DNA of 64,000 nucleotides from Trypanosoma brucei (lineage: Eukaryota): the NCBI GenBank assembly GCA_000002445.1, contig CP000068.1, positions 800,001 to 864,000 on the forward strand, written 5' to 3'. The notes under the pieces are model-generated. The model was not told the origin of the DNA. It worked only from the letters and a program-made list of their open reading frames with translations, and did no database searches. Positions 21,214 to 31,919 of this stretch are shown piece by piece (position 1 is the stretch's first letter; every line of letters starts with the position of its first letter). Both the position numbers and the translations under genes were made by a program.

Positions 21214-22446
21214 ATGTCTGATTCTTCTCTGGTGTTCCTCATATTAAACTATGGGGCAGAAATGATATTTATTCTCGAAGCTCGCCTCAGCGCTCAGAAC
21301 GTTTCCGAAAAGACGGCTCGCATGGTCCTTCATGATGTCATAAAGCACATGTATAGTTCAGAGTTTATGGATGAGCTATTCCGACCTCAGATGCTCTACT
21401 CCTTCGCAGCAACAAGGGAGGTTTTCAAATCGTTGAGTCAAACCTCTGTTATGCAGTTGTCGCCGGCTTCAATGGCTAAACTCTTTGAGTTGATGACAAC
21501 GGGGTTAAAGTACAAAATATTTTCACTACGGCATCCACTCGAGCTGTTAGAGCTCACGTGGGCACATTTGGAAGAAGTAAAACGGATTGCTTCTCATGAA
21601 ACCCAATGTTTTGTTGATCCCATATTTTCTCGTGTAAACGACTTATTTCAGCAGCTCAACGTGGGGATGTTGGCGGAGGTTCGGAAAGATTTACTGAACT
21701 TTCTCGTAGGGCGTTGCACACCCGTGTCACTACTTTTAGAAAGTGGCGTGCAGGCTCAAAGCGGTTACTTTTACCTAAAGGAGGATAAAACCCTTCCTCC
21801 GCTTGTTGAATGTGAACCACCAGGTACCATTCGCTACTATGGTAATGGGAACCTTTTGGCTACCTGCACCTTCAAACACCGGGATGCCCACCTCCGGCAC
21901 CCGCTGGCGTTTCCGGTTGGACGGTGGGACCCTCGTAGTTCAACTGCGCCTCGTTTTACGAAGAGGAATGTCAACATGTACACTTCCAAGGACTTGGAAA
22001 CTAAAACTCAGAAACTAGCGCAGCCATCACAGAAGAGCGACGTTATTGCAGCGCATCCCGTAGGAACCAAACCCGAGGCCGTAAAGGCAGTTCAGCAAGA
22101 GATGAGCCAGTTGTTGCGTCTCGTTAGAGGTGAGTCGGAAAAACCACAGCATCTATTTAAACTAGCTTTGTGTTATGAATTTGAAGCAGAACATGGCACG
22201 CGAACTCCTACGACTGCTGAGGACGCCACTCTAAGTTGCAGTGGAACGGGCCCCCCGTCACCAAGAGCAAGTGACACCGCACCATCACTCCCTGTGAATC
22301 AAATGAGCAAAGCTGATGTGAGGAAAGAGAATGAGAAACTTTTTTCCCTAATGGGAGAACTAAACCTGGAGGAGGTTTCACGAAAAGGGGGACATAACTC
22401 CGTAGTGACTGGAGCTAACCTGCTGGACATTATGGATGAGGAGTGA
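21214..22446 (+). CDS. OSCP1: OSCP1 (organic solute carrier partner 1) homologue.
   Basis: 'LVFLILNYGAEMIFILEARLSAQNV' resembles human OSCP1 'LPLLFLNLGGEMLYILDQRLRAQNI'. 'FMDELFRPQMLYS' resembles 'FMEELFKPQELYS', and the C-terminus 'ANLLDIMDEE' resembles 'DDLLAMMDEL'. The first in-frame ATG is at 21214; the track start at 21157 is TTG. A polypyrimidine tract at 21060-21120 precedes it. Confidence 0.7.
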   Translation: MSDSSLVFLILNYGAEMIFILEARLSAQNVSEKTARMVLHDVIKHMYSSEFMDELFRPQMLYSFAATREVFKSLSQTSVMQLSPASMAKLFELMTTGLKYKIFSLRHPLELLELTWAHLEEVKRIASHETQCFVDPIFSRVNDLFQQLNVGMLAEVRKDLLNFLVGRCTPVSLLLESGVQAQSGYFYLKEDKTLPPLVECEPPGTIRYYGNGNLLATCTFKHRDAHLRHPLAFPVGRWDPRSSTAPRFTKRNVNMYTSKDLETKTQKLAQPSQKSDVIAAHPVGTKPEAVKAVQQEMSQLLRLVRGESEKPQHLFKLALCYEFEAEHGTRTPTTAEDATLSCSGTGPPSPRASDTAPSLPVNQMSKADVRKENEKLFSLMGELNLEEVSRKGGHNSVVTGANLLDIMDEE

Positions 22447-23008
22447 AACACAACAGGGTGTGCGTGGTTTTCGTTTTGCCCTCCTTCCCCCCTCCTTAAA
22501 ACATCTGCTTACAAATATGTGTTTGTCATTCTTGTTTTAGTGACAAATACGCGGATTGGAAAAAAAAAACGATTGTGTGCGATTGCAGACAGCAAACGAT
22601 AAAGGACAAAAGAAACACAAAAGGAAGAAGAGAGACGGGACTACTTTACCTGTCCGAATAGAACACACGAGTTGGTAGTACGATGCCGATAGAGAAATCT
22701 CACCCTTTTCCCCCTCCCTATTGTGCATTTAAATGCAAACCACTTGGGCATCGTTGCTCTGTATGTGAATAATCAGGTTCTGAGGAAGGAGCCTTTTTTA
22801 CCCTAACTTTTACCGTTTCTATATCACAGTCGTGCGTGATTTCATCCATTTGATCTTACATTTATTCAATACTTGTGACATGTGAGGCCTTTGTTGCATG
22901 TGGATTATATTGCAAATCTCGTAAACCCTTTTATAAATATTTGAACAACCGGTCGTAGATTCACTAAGAGACACAGATAGGGTAGGAAGGAGTAATAAGG
23001 AAACCGAG

Positions 23009-23977
23009 ATGCTTCGCCGGTTAGCATGCGGTGCTACTCCTATAGGAAGTAACACAGCTGCTGCCTCTGCTGCTGTGTCGGGGGTAATTTTGGCGTCCTG
23101 TACTATGAGGTTGTATCGCATCATTCCACATGTGTACAATGAAATAGAAGAACTGGCAGAGACACAGGAAGCAGGCCGCTGGCAAATTTCGCATCGGAAC
23201 TGCTTACAACAACCTTTGAAGAAGGCGGAGATTATGTGCGACAAGTTAAATCTTCGTGAAAGGCGACGCACGGGCAAACTACCGGAAAAGTCTGTGACAC
23301 GTCGCTTGAGTCAAACATACGCTGTGGATGGGAAAGAATACGAAAGCAAGTACAAGACAAAGATTATTAACATCACCGTCGTTGGTTTTGATGGACATCC
23401 ATACCACTTTCGCACATACCCGATGCCGGATGTCACACTCAACACATTAATTGACGGATCCGGTATGTGCCACGGATACGCGCATTACTGGGGAAAATGT
23501 AACAATCCCGACTGCGCAGACTGGAATCATGGCGATGGGTGTCTTGTAAATGTGGATATTGAAACTCTCGACCGCCTCCTTCCACCCAACCGGTGGGAGT
23601 ACACTTCGTTAACTAACTGGCGTTCGATGGATCGCGCTGACATTACATACAACACCCGCTTCAGCTGTCAGATCCCCGTCACTGAGGAACTGGATGGTGG
23701 TCTTTTCGCTTTAAAACAGTACTGGTCTCGGGCATTACGGGAGTCCGTCTCGGACTGGGGGCTCGTAGACGACATGGCGACGATTCATAGCGCCCGTAGT
23801 AGGAAAATTGAACCGTGGGCCCCACCCATCGAGGAGCCAACGAAAATAGACTTCCCCATCACTTTGGATATGTTGTGGGCGCAGAGTTACCAGGACATTC
23901 TCAAGGCCAAGTACCCTGATAGGAGGCGAAAGGATGGTTACCACACCAAACCTGAGATGTGGGCGGCGTATGTGTAA
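23009..23977 (+). CDS. Hypothetical protein (322 aa) with an N-terminal presequence-like region and a Cys/His/Trp-rich central segment.
   Basis: ATG at 23009. The N-terminus 'MLRRLACGATPIGSNTAAASAAVSG' looks like a mitochondrial targeting peptide (inference). No family recognised. An antisense ORF at 22819..23277 overlaps it and is judged spurious. Confidence 0.55.
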   Translation: MLRRLACGATPIGSNTAAASAAVSGVILASCTMRLYRIIPHVYNEIEELAETQEAGRWQISHRNCLQQPLKKAEIMCDKLNLRERRRTGKLPEKSVTRRLSQTYAVDGKEYESKYKTKIINITVVGFDGHPYHFRTYPMPDVTLNTLIDGSGMCHGYAHYWGKCNNPDCADWNHGDGCLVNVDIETLDRLLPPNRWEYTSLTNWRSMDRADITYNTRFSCQIPVTEELDGGLFALKQYWSRALRESVSDWGLVDDMATIHSARSRKIEPWAPPIEEPTKIDFPITLDMLWAQSYQDILKAKYPDRRRKDGYHTKPEMWAAYV

Positions 23978-24387
23978 ACGCAACAGGAGAAAATGCGCAT
24001 GCTAAAGGGGCTCAGAGGTGAAAGGAATAAAGAAAGCAAGTACTTGTTGCATTTACTGTGGCATAGTGAAAGTGAACGTGCATTAGGTAGTGTGCGGAGA
24101 AGGAAGTGTAGGGAGATGGTGCGGAAGTAGGTGGTTGAGAAATCAGTAGCGTCAAACTTAGTAAAATATAGCGGCAGCACATGCGGAAGGATAGTTTGGG
24201 GGGTCTGTAGTGTTTTAGGCGATTCCTTCTTAAGTGTTTGAGTACAATTGCTTTCCCAATTTTGTTTTTGTGTGCCCGCGTCGTTTGAAAGACTCGGTGT
24301 TCACTAAATCAAAGGCATCGTCACAATCTTTGGTAGTTTTGTTCGTTCCCCCGGTTTTTCTCGGGGTGCCACGACTCACTCTCCATT

Positions 24388-24490
24388 CTTTTTTTTGTTT
24401 CTGCGCTTCGCTTGTTCATTCTCTTGTTATTGCGTCTTCTGATCGCTTCCGCACTCAGACACACCCCTGTTTTTTTTTTGCTTGTTTAAG
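24388..24490 (+). promoter_or_regulatory. Long polypyrimidine tract with a terminal AG, upstream of the small ORF at 24534.
   Basis: 'cttttttttgtttctgcgcttcgcttgttcattctcttgttattgcgtcttctgatcgcttccgc...cccctgtttttttttttgcttgtttaag'. Confidence 0.45.
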
Positions 24491-24533
24491 ACAATACGAA
24501 AGCTGAGGTAAAACAACAAGTCCCAATACCATA

Positions 24534-24755
24534 ATGTCGAATCCTAACTTCTGGACAACTGTACTGAACTGGACCTTCGCGCGCGGTTACATCCGCATTC
24601 CAATCGTTTTTACGATTCCTATCGTCTTCAACAAGTACGCTTTGCATCAATTTGAGCCCCTCTTCCAGCAGTGGAACGCTGGGCACAACCAACGTGATAT
24701 ATGGGATCGTTTGGAGGGGAAGGTTGCACTGATGCTGGAAGAGGAAGCGGTATAA
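24534..24755 (+). CDS. Small (73 aa) hypothetical protein with one predicted TM helix ('GYIRIPIVFTIPIVF').
   Basis: ATG at 24534, immediately downstream of a strong polypyrimidine tract with an AG at 24388-24490. It is on the same strand as the flanking genes and fills an otherwise 1.5-kb gap between 23977 and 25553. Confidence 0.35.
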   Translation: MSNPNFWTTVLNWTFARGYIRIPIVFTIPIVFNKYALHQFEPLFQQWNAGHNQRDIWDRLEGKVALMLEEEAV

Positions 24756-25552
24756 TGTGACCACTAAGTTGCAATGTATGATGCAACTTATCTTGTCACA
24801 GCGTGAAGCGGCATAACGCGTGGAATGTATACATGTACATGCATGTTGCCTTGTTTACTAATATGACTGTTGAACCACCTTTAAAAATGTGTCAAGGTGG
24901 AGGGGGTGGGCTGGGTATTATAGTTGTCTCTGTGAGCTGTTTAATAGTAGGTTAGAAAAGAGCCGGAAGTCGGTCTAATGGCCCGAGCATCTGTATGCGC
25001 ATCGCGCAACTGACGCTTCATTACCATTATTATTATTATTGTTATTTTTTTCTTAGGAAGTACCGTCAGGTGGATATATATATACATGCGTATCCCTGTG
25101 TGTCGGTAACGGAAGGAAGAAGGGAAATCAAGTCAGATTCCTGTTGGCTTAACCCAACTTATTTTCGAACAAGGTGGTCCTTTTCGCTTGTATGTGTTTT
25201 TGTTGTCTCTTTTCCTGTAGTCTTCATGTGTTTTTTTTTAATCCAGAAGCTTCTTTTGGAAGCACTACAGGACGGTGTCACGTCCTTGCCCTAATTGCAT
25301 TATGCTTGCCTTTTTAATTTGCTTCTTTATACTTCAATTCTAGAGAAGATAAAACGAAACGCACTGTGCATACGTATATTACAAAATTTTGTAAAGAAGG
25401 TGGGAAGGAGGGTACAGCGAAGGATAAAAAAAATAAAGAAGGGGAAATCACAGCTTTAAAAGAGGAACATATAATATTAGTAATATTAATAATCATAAGT
25501 CAGGGAGCAACCTTGTACACAATCAGCGCAGGAAGTCCTTCAATACATAGCC

Positions 25553-27643
25553 ATGGAGGACGATGGCTTGATGTCGAACATCATCATTGTAAATGGCCTC
25601 CCGGCGAGAGTTACACCGGAGAAGCGTGCCATGTTCTTGCGTCACATGACGAAGAAAGTTTCCGACGTCCTTGGTCACGATAAATTCACAATCCATCCCG
25701 TCCTTGATGAGGAAACGGAGCACGTTGCTGGAGCCTTTCTCACTTTCGCTACGGTGAATAGCGCGGAGGATGCTCTCGCCCGCCTAAATCGCTTTCCCTT
25801 TACAAAGACCGATATTCTCTCGACATATAGGTGGTGCGCGCTTAAGGCAGCGAGTGAACCGCCGGAGGAGTACAAACCGCCAGAGATGGAGCAGGACACC
25901 GATGCGGATTTTGCTCACACAATGGCGGAAGACTCCATGGCGCGCCCGCAGTTCTTCATTAAGCAGGGCGAGTCCTTCGATGTAGAGTGGTATTGGTTTA
26001 ACTACACTACACTAAAGGCTGAATTATACCGCAAGCCCCGCCCCCTCAAGACAGATTCTGTTGGACAGTGGACGGAGATGGACCGTCGACAGAAGAGACT
26101 TGACCCCGGTCTTGTGTACGGCGCCTTGACGTCTGTTCGGCCGATGCCTGCATGGTCGACATTCGGTCGGATTATGGTTTCGCAGCATATGGGTGGCCTG
26201 AAACTGTGGGGTGGGCGCAAGATGCATATGTTATTCGAGGTTACTGAGCTTGATATCAAGGCCTTTTACATTTCTCCACAGGAAAAATACCTTGTAGTAA
26301 AGTCACCAAAGGAGGTGAGCGTATGGAATATCCGTTTATCAAAAAAGATTCGCGTACTGGGCGGTCTCGATCTTGCCGACTCAGATAAGTGGCCCATTGC
26401 CCGCTACAATGCGGAGGATGAGCTTGTCGCTATCTCGCATGCCTGTTTGGAGCCAATGGGACAAGGTAAATTATTTTTGTATCGAGCTGAGACAATGCGA
26501 GCTCTCCAGGTGGAGTCCAACAGTGAAACACCGGTGCATTCTTTGGTCATTCCCGGACTGAAGGTGGCCGAATGGAATCCGGCAGTCGGCAATCAGATGG
26601 CCATTCTAGTCCAAGGAGGCTCCAGTGAGGGATGGAAGATCATCATTCAAAACCTCGTTGTGAAGGATGACGTTGTGCGTGCGGAGGTAATTGAGCAGCG
26701 AAACTTCTTGCAAGCACAGCGACTTGACCTCCTATGGCACCCGCAAGGCACCCATTTGGTTGTCAAAGTAACGAAAACGAATTCAACAGAGTATTCGATT
26801 TTTTCTGTTGGTGTGAAAAGTGCTGCTGCTTACCAACTGAAGGTGGAGAACGGCTTAACTCCTGGACGTTTTGCTTGGAAACCAAGCGGCCCTCACTTCG
26901 CTGTTATATGCGAGGACCGTGCAAGGACGGGAAAGTTGGGTGACACCTCGGAAATTCGAATTTACTGCATAAAGAAACAGCTGAAACTTATTGGTCATTA
27001 TCCAACATCCGCAACCCACCTCTTCTGGGCACCGCGTGGTTCTCGTTTGGTTGCAACGAACTACGACAAATCAACGTTGCACTTCTACGGTATTAATGAT
27101 AGTGGCGCTTGCGTCCAACTCGAGCGAGTGACTTCACCCGTCACAGATACCGCGTGGGACCCAACTGGGCGATTCTACGCGGCGTGGGTGTCTGCGTTGC
27201 GGAACTCTGGCGATAACCAGTTCCGTATTTTTGATCTCAATGGTAGGGAACTCATGCAGAAGTCAGTGCGCCAACTTTCGCATTTTGCATGGCGGCCGCT
27301 CGCCCCCCCGGTGTTAACGGCAGCAGAGATCAAACACATACAAGATAATCTTCGAGAATACAGTCAACGATATCAAAACGAGGTTAAGGAACAAAAGGAA
27401 CGTGAAGAGGCGGAACTTCAGAGTAAAGAGCGCGAAAAGGAGGAACAATACAAGAAGCGCATGAAGGGGATTGCACGGCATCATGCCGATAAGGGACTAG
27501 CCCGTACACGTGAAGAGTTGATTGCCTCTTCGCGGTGGAGCCGTTTATGGGCGCGCCGCATGAAGAGCCTTCCACCAGAGGAGATGATTCTTCATGAGGT
27601 TGTCACGGAGGAGCGCATCGAGCGCCGGCGCCCGCTAAATTAG
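25553..27643 (+). CDS. EIF3B: Eukaryotic translation initiation factor 3 subunit b (eIF3b).
   Basis: 696 aa. It has an N-terminal RRM-like fold ('NIIIVNGLPARVTPEKRAMF...AFLTFATVNSAEDA'). The body has WD/beta-propeller repeats ('KYLVVKSPKEVSVWNI', 'LLWHPQGTHLVVKV', 'FAWKPSGPHFAVI', 'LFWAPRGSRLVATN'). The tail is charged ('EQKEREEAELQSKEREKEEQYKKRMKG'). This is the eIF3b architecture. Confidence 0.75.
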   Translation: MEDDGLMSNIIIVNGLPARVTPEKRAMFLRHMTKKVSDVLGHDKFTIHPVLDEETEHVAGAFLTFATVNSAEDALARLNRFPFTKTDILSTYRWCALKAASEPPEEYKPPEMEQDTDADFAHTMAEDSMARPQFFIKQGESFDVEWYWFNYTTLKAELYRKPRPLKTDSVGQWTEMDRRQKRLDPGLVYGALTSVRPMPAWSTFGRIMVSQHMGGLKLWGGRKMHMLFEVTELDIKAFYISPQEKYLVVKSPKEVSVWNIRLSKKIRVLGGLDLADSDKWPIARYNAEDELVAISHACLEPMGQGKLFLYRAETMRALQVESNSETPVHSLVIPGLKVAEWNPAVGNQMAILVQGGSSEGWKIIIQNLVVKDDVVRAEVIEQRNFLQAQRLDLLWHPQGTHLVVKVTKTNSTEYSIFSVGVKSAAAYQLKVENGLTPGRFAWKPSGPHFAVICEDRARTGKLGDTSEIRIYCIKKQLKLIGHYPTSATHLFWAPRGSRLVATNYDKSTLHFYGINDSGACVQLERVTSPVTDTAWDPTGRFYAAWVSALRNSGDNQFRIFDLNGRELMQKSVRQLSHFAWRPLAPPVLTAAEIKHIQDNLREYSQRYQNEVKEQKEREEAELQSKEREKEEQYKKRMKGIARHHADKGLARTREELIASSRWSRLWARRMKSLPPEEMILHEVVTEERIERRRPLN

Positions 27644-28610
27644 GTTGTGAAAGAAGGTGATGATATCGATGCGTTGGTGATGAGTCGTACCGGTGTCAGT
27701 GGATATATTTTTTAAAAAAAACCAACAACAGAGAATAAAGAAAAAAAGAATGCAAATAACTGAAGATTTTTTTAAAAGGAAGAGAAGGTGTAGGAGGTGA
27801 CGAGTAAACCCTATATAAAAAAATATGAGACTGAAGGTAGGATGAGGTATAGGCTTGTGCAAGAGCATCCCGGTACGCTCATCTGACAGCAAACAACCGA
27901 GGCAACGCTACTTCGTCGTGTGAATGCAGGCATAAATTTCACTACACCATGGAGCTATTCACTTTTTTATCCCTTTTGTTCTCTAACTGTGTCGCAGAGT
28001 TGTTATTGTTGTTCGGCAGATGGGGTGAAGGAGGCGTGTAAAAAGTGTAAGAGGCAAGAGAAATGAAGCGGTACGTACATTCGGTGATTGTGAAGGATGA
28101 TACGTATGCTTGTATGCCTTTCAATTTTTTTATCAAATAGGGGCGGAGACATGGTTTCACTCAACAATCTTTGTGGGAGTAAAATCCTTTTAAAATGGCG
28201 GATGGCTGTCGGAGTGTTTGCATTTTCGTCTCATCGCCCTCCCTTTGCGATGCAATCTCACCACAACACTTGATAACCGTTTTGGAGGGGAGGAAAAGAG
28301 AATATCCTGGCGCTTGCGTACGGTTACGGAGGTTATGATAGCAGCTGAGGTAGCGCTTTCTTCCATACCTTCTCTCAAATTGTGCCCTGTTACTGTGTTA
28401 CTTGTGTTTGTGACATCTATGCCCACGTACGCCCTTTATATTAATGTGAGAAGCTTATGGATTTTTTTTTGTTTTATTCAACAGCAACAACAAAACCCTA
28501 GTATAAGCGTTTGGTTTTCCAGTTTCTTTGAGACCTTTATTTTGATTGAACGCGCACATAATTTTTTAGAGTACATCTACATATCTATCTACGCACGACT
28601 TCATGAGCGC

Positions 28611-29498
28611 ATGGCAGTAATGAGGTGTATCTTGCGAATTCATGTTACCGATGGAATTAGCACGCGCTGCTTAGCGTATCGGGCTTCATTTCTCTGCGTA
28701 AAGAGGGCTCATTCCAACTTCAGAACTGGACAAGAAGATCAGTACACAACGAAACGGTCGGAAGACGAAAGCTTCGGTGAAGGGGATTCTCATTACCCTT
28801 CAAAAGATCGTACAACTACTTCTCCCACTTCATCTCAGGGCTCTTCAGATACTCATGAACACACCGCTGCCTCATCTGCTGAGGAGAAACTTTCATCTGC
28901 CAGTCGTGGTGCGAGGGATGACATCAGTCACCAGGAGCTGGAACCCATGCGTTGGCCACAAGAGGCCCCCGGCTCCCCAGCGCTTACGGAACCCATCATT
29001 GACGAGAAGGGACAGTTTATTGTTTCACGCATACAGTGGCCTACAGGTGAGTTGGCGTATGCAACACCGCCTCCACCTGACACGCGGGTTGCCCCTCGTT
29101 TTGGGTATAATGTCGTACAGGTAAAGAAGCATGTGTCGTGGTGGAAGCACTACCAGCAGCACCCCCGCATATCTGTTGCGTACATTAATATTCAACTTCT
29201 CTTCCTCCTTGGAGCCGCATGGTTAATGGCATTTCTCGTGGAGGAGTACCGACGTGTCACCGATGAATTGCGGACGCCGGGAGCAATGGTCGGGGAGCAC
29301 AGGGGCAGGGGCCCGGTTGAAAAGGGAAAGCAGAAAATATCCTTCACAAATGACGAAATGACATCACTAATTGGCCGTGCGCAGGACAACTGGATGGACG
29401 CTCGGGCGGAGGCAAACTACATTGGATCAAAAGATTACACAATGAAGAAGATACCGCGACCGAAAGAGTTTTCAGTTGATGACTTCCGTAAGCGCTAA
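28611..29498 (+). CDS. Hypothetical membrane protein, start uncertain (the frame is open from 28218; in-frame ATGs at 28335 and 28611).
   Basis: A polypyrimidine tract at 28450-28540 favours the 28611 ATG. That N-terminus 'MAVMRCILRIHVTDGISTRCLAYRASF' is presequence-like. One TM helix, 'ISVAYINIQLLFLLGAAWLMAFLV'. No family recognised. Confidence 0.45.
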   Translation: MAVMRCILRIHVTDGISTRCLAYRASFLCVKRAHSNFRTGQEDQYTTKRSEDESFGEGDSHYPSKDRTTTSPTSSQGSSDTHEHTAASSAEEKLSSASRGARDDISHQELEPMRWPQEAPGSPALTEPIIDEKGQFIVSRIQWPTGELAYATPPPPDTRVAPRFGYNVVQVKKHVSWWKHYQQHPRISVAYINIQLLFLLGAAWLMAFLVEEYRRVTDELRTPGAMVGEHRGRGPVEKGKQKISFTNDEMTSLIGRAQDNWMDARAEANYIGSKDYTMKKIPRPKEFSVDDFRKR

Positions 29499-30795
29499 AT
29501 CAAAGGAATAATGGGAAGGAGGAAGTTGAAAACGTGTTCGTGACAGTTATGTAAAATTTATAGGGAATTAGAACTCATGATGCCGCGGGCGGTGGTTGCG
29601 CGATAAGGGAAGAACTGACTATACGTGGTTACCAGCTAACGAAATGGTGAAAAGTGACTATTTGAGGAGTTAACAAAAGCGAGCGTACGCAAATTTCAGT
29701 GACGTCGGAGAAGCAGTGGTCACATCGGGAAAGACATGTAATATTACCGTGTGTGTGAGCGGAGGTGGTGGTGGGGCTACAGAACGACACACGAATATCC
29801 ACAGTAGTTGTTCCTGGGAGGCTAAACGTATTTCCTTTTCTCCTTGGGACTATAACGAAAGTCCGTATCGAATGTATTATTGTTACTACTATGATCATTA
29901 ATTCATTATGAAGTTGACGGACATCTTGAACACATACCGGCGCTGCAATGACAAAAATTTTGTAATTATGGGGGATAGGGTTACTTTCAGCTGTGGTTGT
30001 GCCGTACTGCTACATGTCTTTATCGTTTTTCACAGGGTATGTTGCAGAATAGTTTGAACGGTTAATTCAAATGTGGAAGATTTGTTTATCTACTACTACT
30101 GTTTTTTATTATATTTATTATTTATTTCGATATTTTAACATTTCTTTCTTCTATTTTTTTTTTCGTTAGCTCGTTATGCCTTCACGGGTGATGACTTAAG
30201 CTTGGTGTTAAGAGGAAGTGACGTTAAACACATAATAACTGCGCGAAAGACATTGAGACATGTTGAAGAAAGGTTAGCCGAGCCGCTTGCCCTCTCCCGC
30301 CCCCCCCCCGGACAATCATATCGCGCGCAGTTATTAAAAGAAAAAGAATTTAAAATATTAACAAATATTGAGCGCACGTTTTAGATCCGTTGAACATACT
30401 TGCTTTGGCTTATGGTACCAGCGAAAAACGCAGAGAAAGCAGAGGTGTTTGTCAACTTCGTCGGTAACAAAACCATTTTTTGGAGGTCAATGCGAAAATA
30501 ACTTTATTTTCATGTGAAAAAGTTTCTGATAATAGCCAAAGTACTTTCCTCACCAACGCGTCGCACTTTTATGTGCCTTCCACGAGGAAAAAAAAAAGAA
30601 CAATAATAAATGAGAACTTGTTTCGACTCGTATTTCTCTGTGATTCACTTCCCACTTGTTATTCCTTTCTTCCCTACAACTCTTTCTGAAACTCTCATTA
30701 ATTACGCCAAATTTGTTTCATAAAGGGGACTAAGGGTGATTAAAAGAACTTAGCGAGGAGCGAGTTGTTGAAATAATAAAATCACCACTTTTGAC

Positions 30796-31593
30796 ATGAA
30801 ACGAGAGCGAGGTGGAAGAGCGGACCCTTTTGAGTTTGTAACATACTCCGGAGAGGAGATTAAAGAGTCGAGTAGCGAAGAAAGGGTTAAGGAGGGGGCG
30901 AATAAAAGTTCACCTACACGAACTCGAATTCTTTCCGTTGCATTGTCACCAGCGGAAAGGGCCATCTTCGACGTGCCAATTGAAAACTGGCTTTCCATCG
31001 ATCGTAGTAGTCTTAGCGGTTGGAAATGCGCTGTGCCGCGACCTGTCACTATCGAGCAACTTCGTCCAGTGGATCCGTCTGATGCTATTCTACGTCACAT
31101 TGCACTTTATCGCGGACCAGTCACAGATTTACAGCTTGATGCTATAGTTAATGCCGCAAACACACGATGCCTTGGCGGCGGTGGCGTTGATGGTGCTATT
31201 CATAGGGTTGCAGGACCGTTGCTGCTCCGTGAGTGTGCAACTTTCAATGGTTGCCAAACAGGGGAATGCAGGTTAACAAAGGGGTATCAACTACCAGCGC
31301 GCTACGTTTTGCATACCGTTGGACCGGTGGGTGAGAAACCAGATATGCTCCGTAAATGTTATCGTTCGATTCTTTCATTAGCGTTGAAAAATGGGTTACG
31401 CAGCATCGGTTTCTGCTGCGTCAGTACTGGCGTATACGGATATCCACTTCTACCTGCAACCCGGATAGCGCTAGGGGAGACGAGGAAGTTTTTGGAAGAG
31501 CACGGAGGTGCACTAGATATGTGTTGCTTCGCGTGTTTTCAGGAAGACGAATACAAAACCTATGAAAAATGCGTTGGGAGGAGCAGTCTCTAA
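30796..31593 (+). CDS. Macro-domain protein (ADP-ribose binding/hydrolase, MacroD-like).
   Basis: 'LQLDAIVNAANTRCLGGGGVDGAIHRVAGPLLL' matches the macro-domain signature (N-A-A-N ... G-G-G-V-D-G-A-I-H-R-A-A-G). 'YVLHTVGP' and 'SIGFCCVSTGVYGYP' match downstream conserved blocks. Confidence 0.85.
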   Translation: MKRERGGRADPFEFVTYSGEEIKESSSEERVKEGANKSSPTRTRILSVALSPAERAIFDVPIENWLSIDRSSLSGWKCAVPRPVTIEQLRPVDPSDAILRHIALYRGPVTDLQLDAIVNAANTRCLGGGGVDGAIHRVAGPLLLRECATFNGCQTGECRLTKGYQLPARYVLHTVGPVGEKPDMLRKCYRSILSLALKNGLRSIGFCCVSTGVYGYPLLPATRIALGETRKFLEEHGGALDMCCFACFQEDEYKTYEKCVGRSSL

Positions 31594-31919
31594 TGCTTGC
31601 TTCCAACATGCAGGGAAGCAACTTACGGGCGTTCTTCTTGCTTATTCGCATGCATTTTGTAGGTGATCCCTTCAAAGAGGTTTTAACAAGGAAAACGATG
31701 TAGGATTGTCCCCTTTGTTTCCTCTTCTTTTTTGAAATTATGCATAGCATGTGTGAAACAAACAATTGATGCCGGAATAACAGTATTTGTATCACGAACT
31801 ACTTCAGACGTCACAGCGTGCGCACATTAGTATACGCATGCATTTGTTCATAATATCTCTGCCTGATTTTTCCCCCACTGTTCTGTAGATGGAAAGGGCC
31901 GTAGAGGGTAGGACTGGGA

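Noticed and set aside
22819-23277. 152-aa minus-strand ORF overlapping the start of the 23009..23977 gene
   Set aside because: It is on the opposite strand to every supported gene, has no splice-signal context and no recognisable domain.
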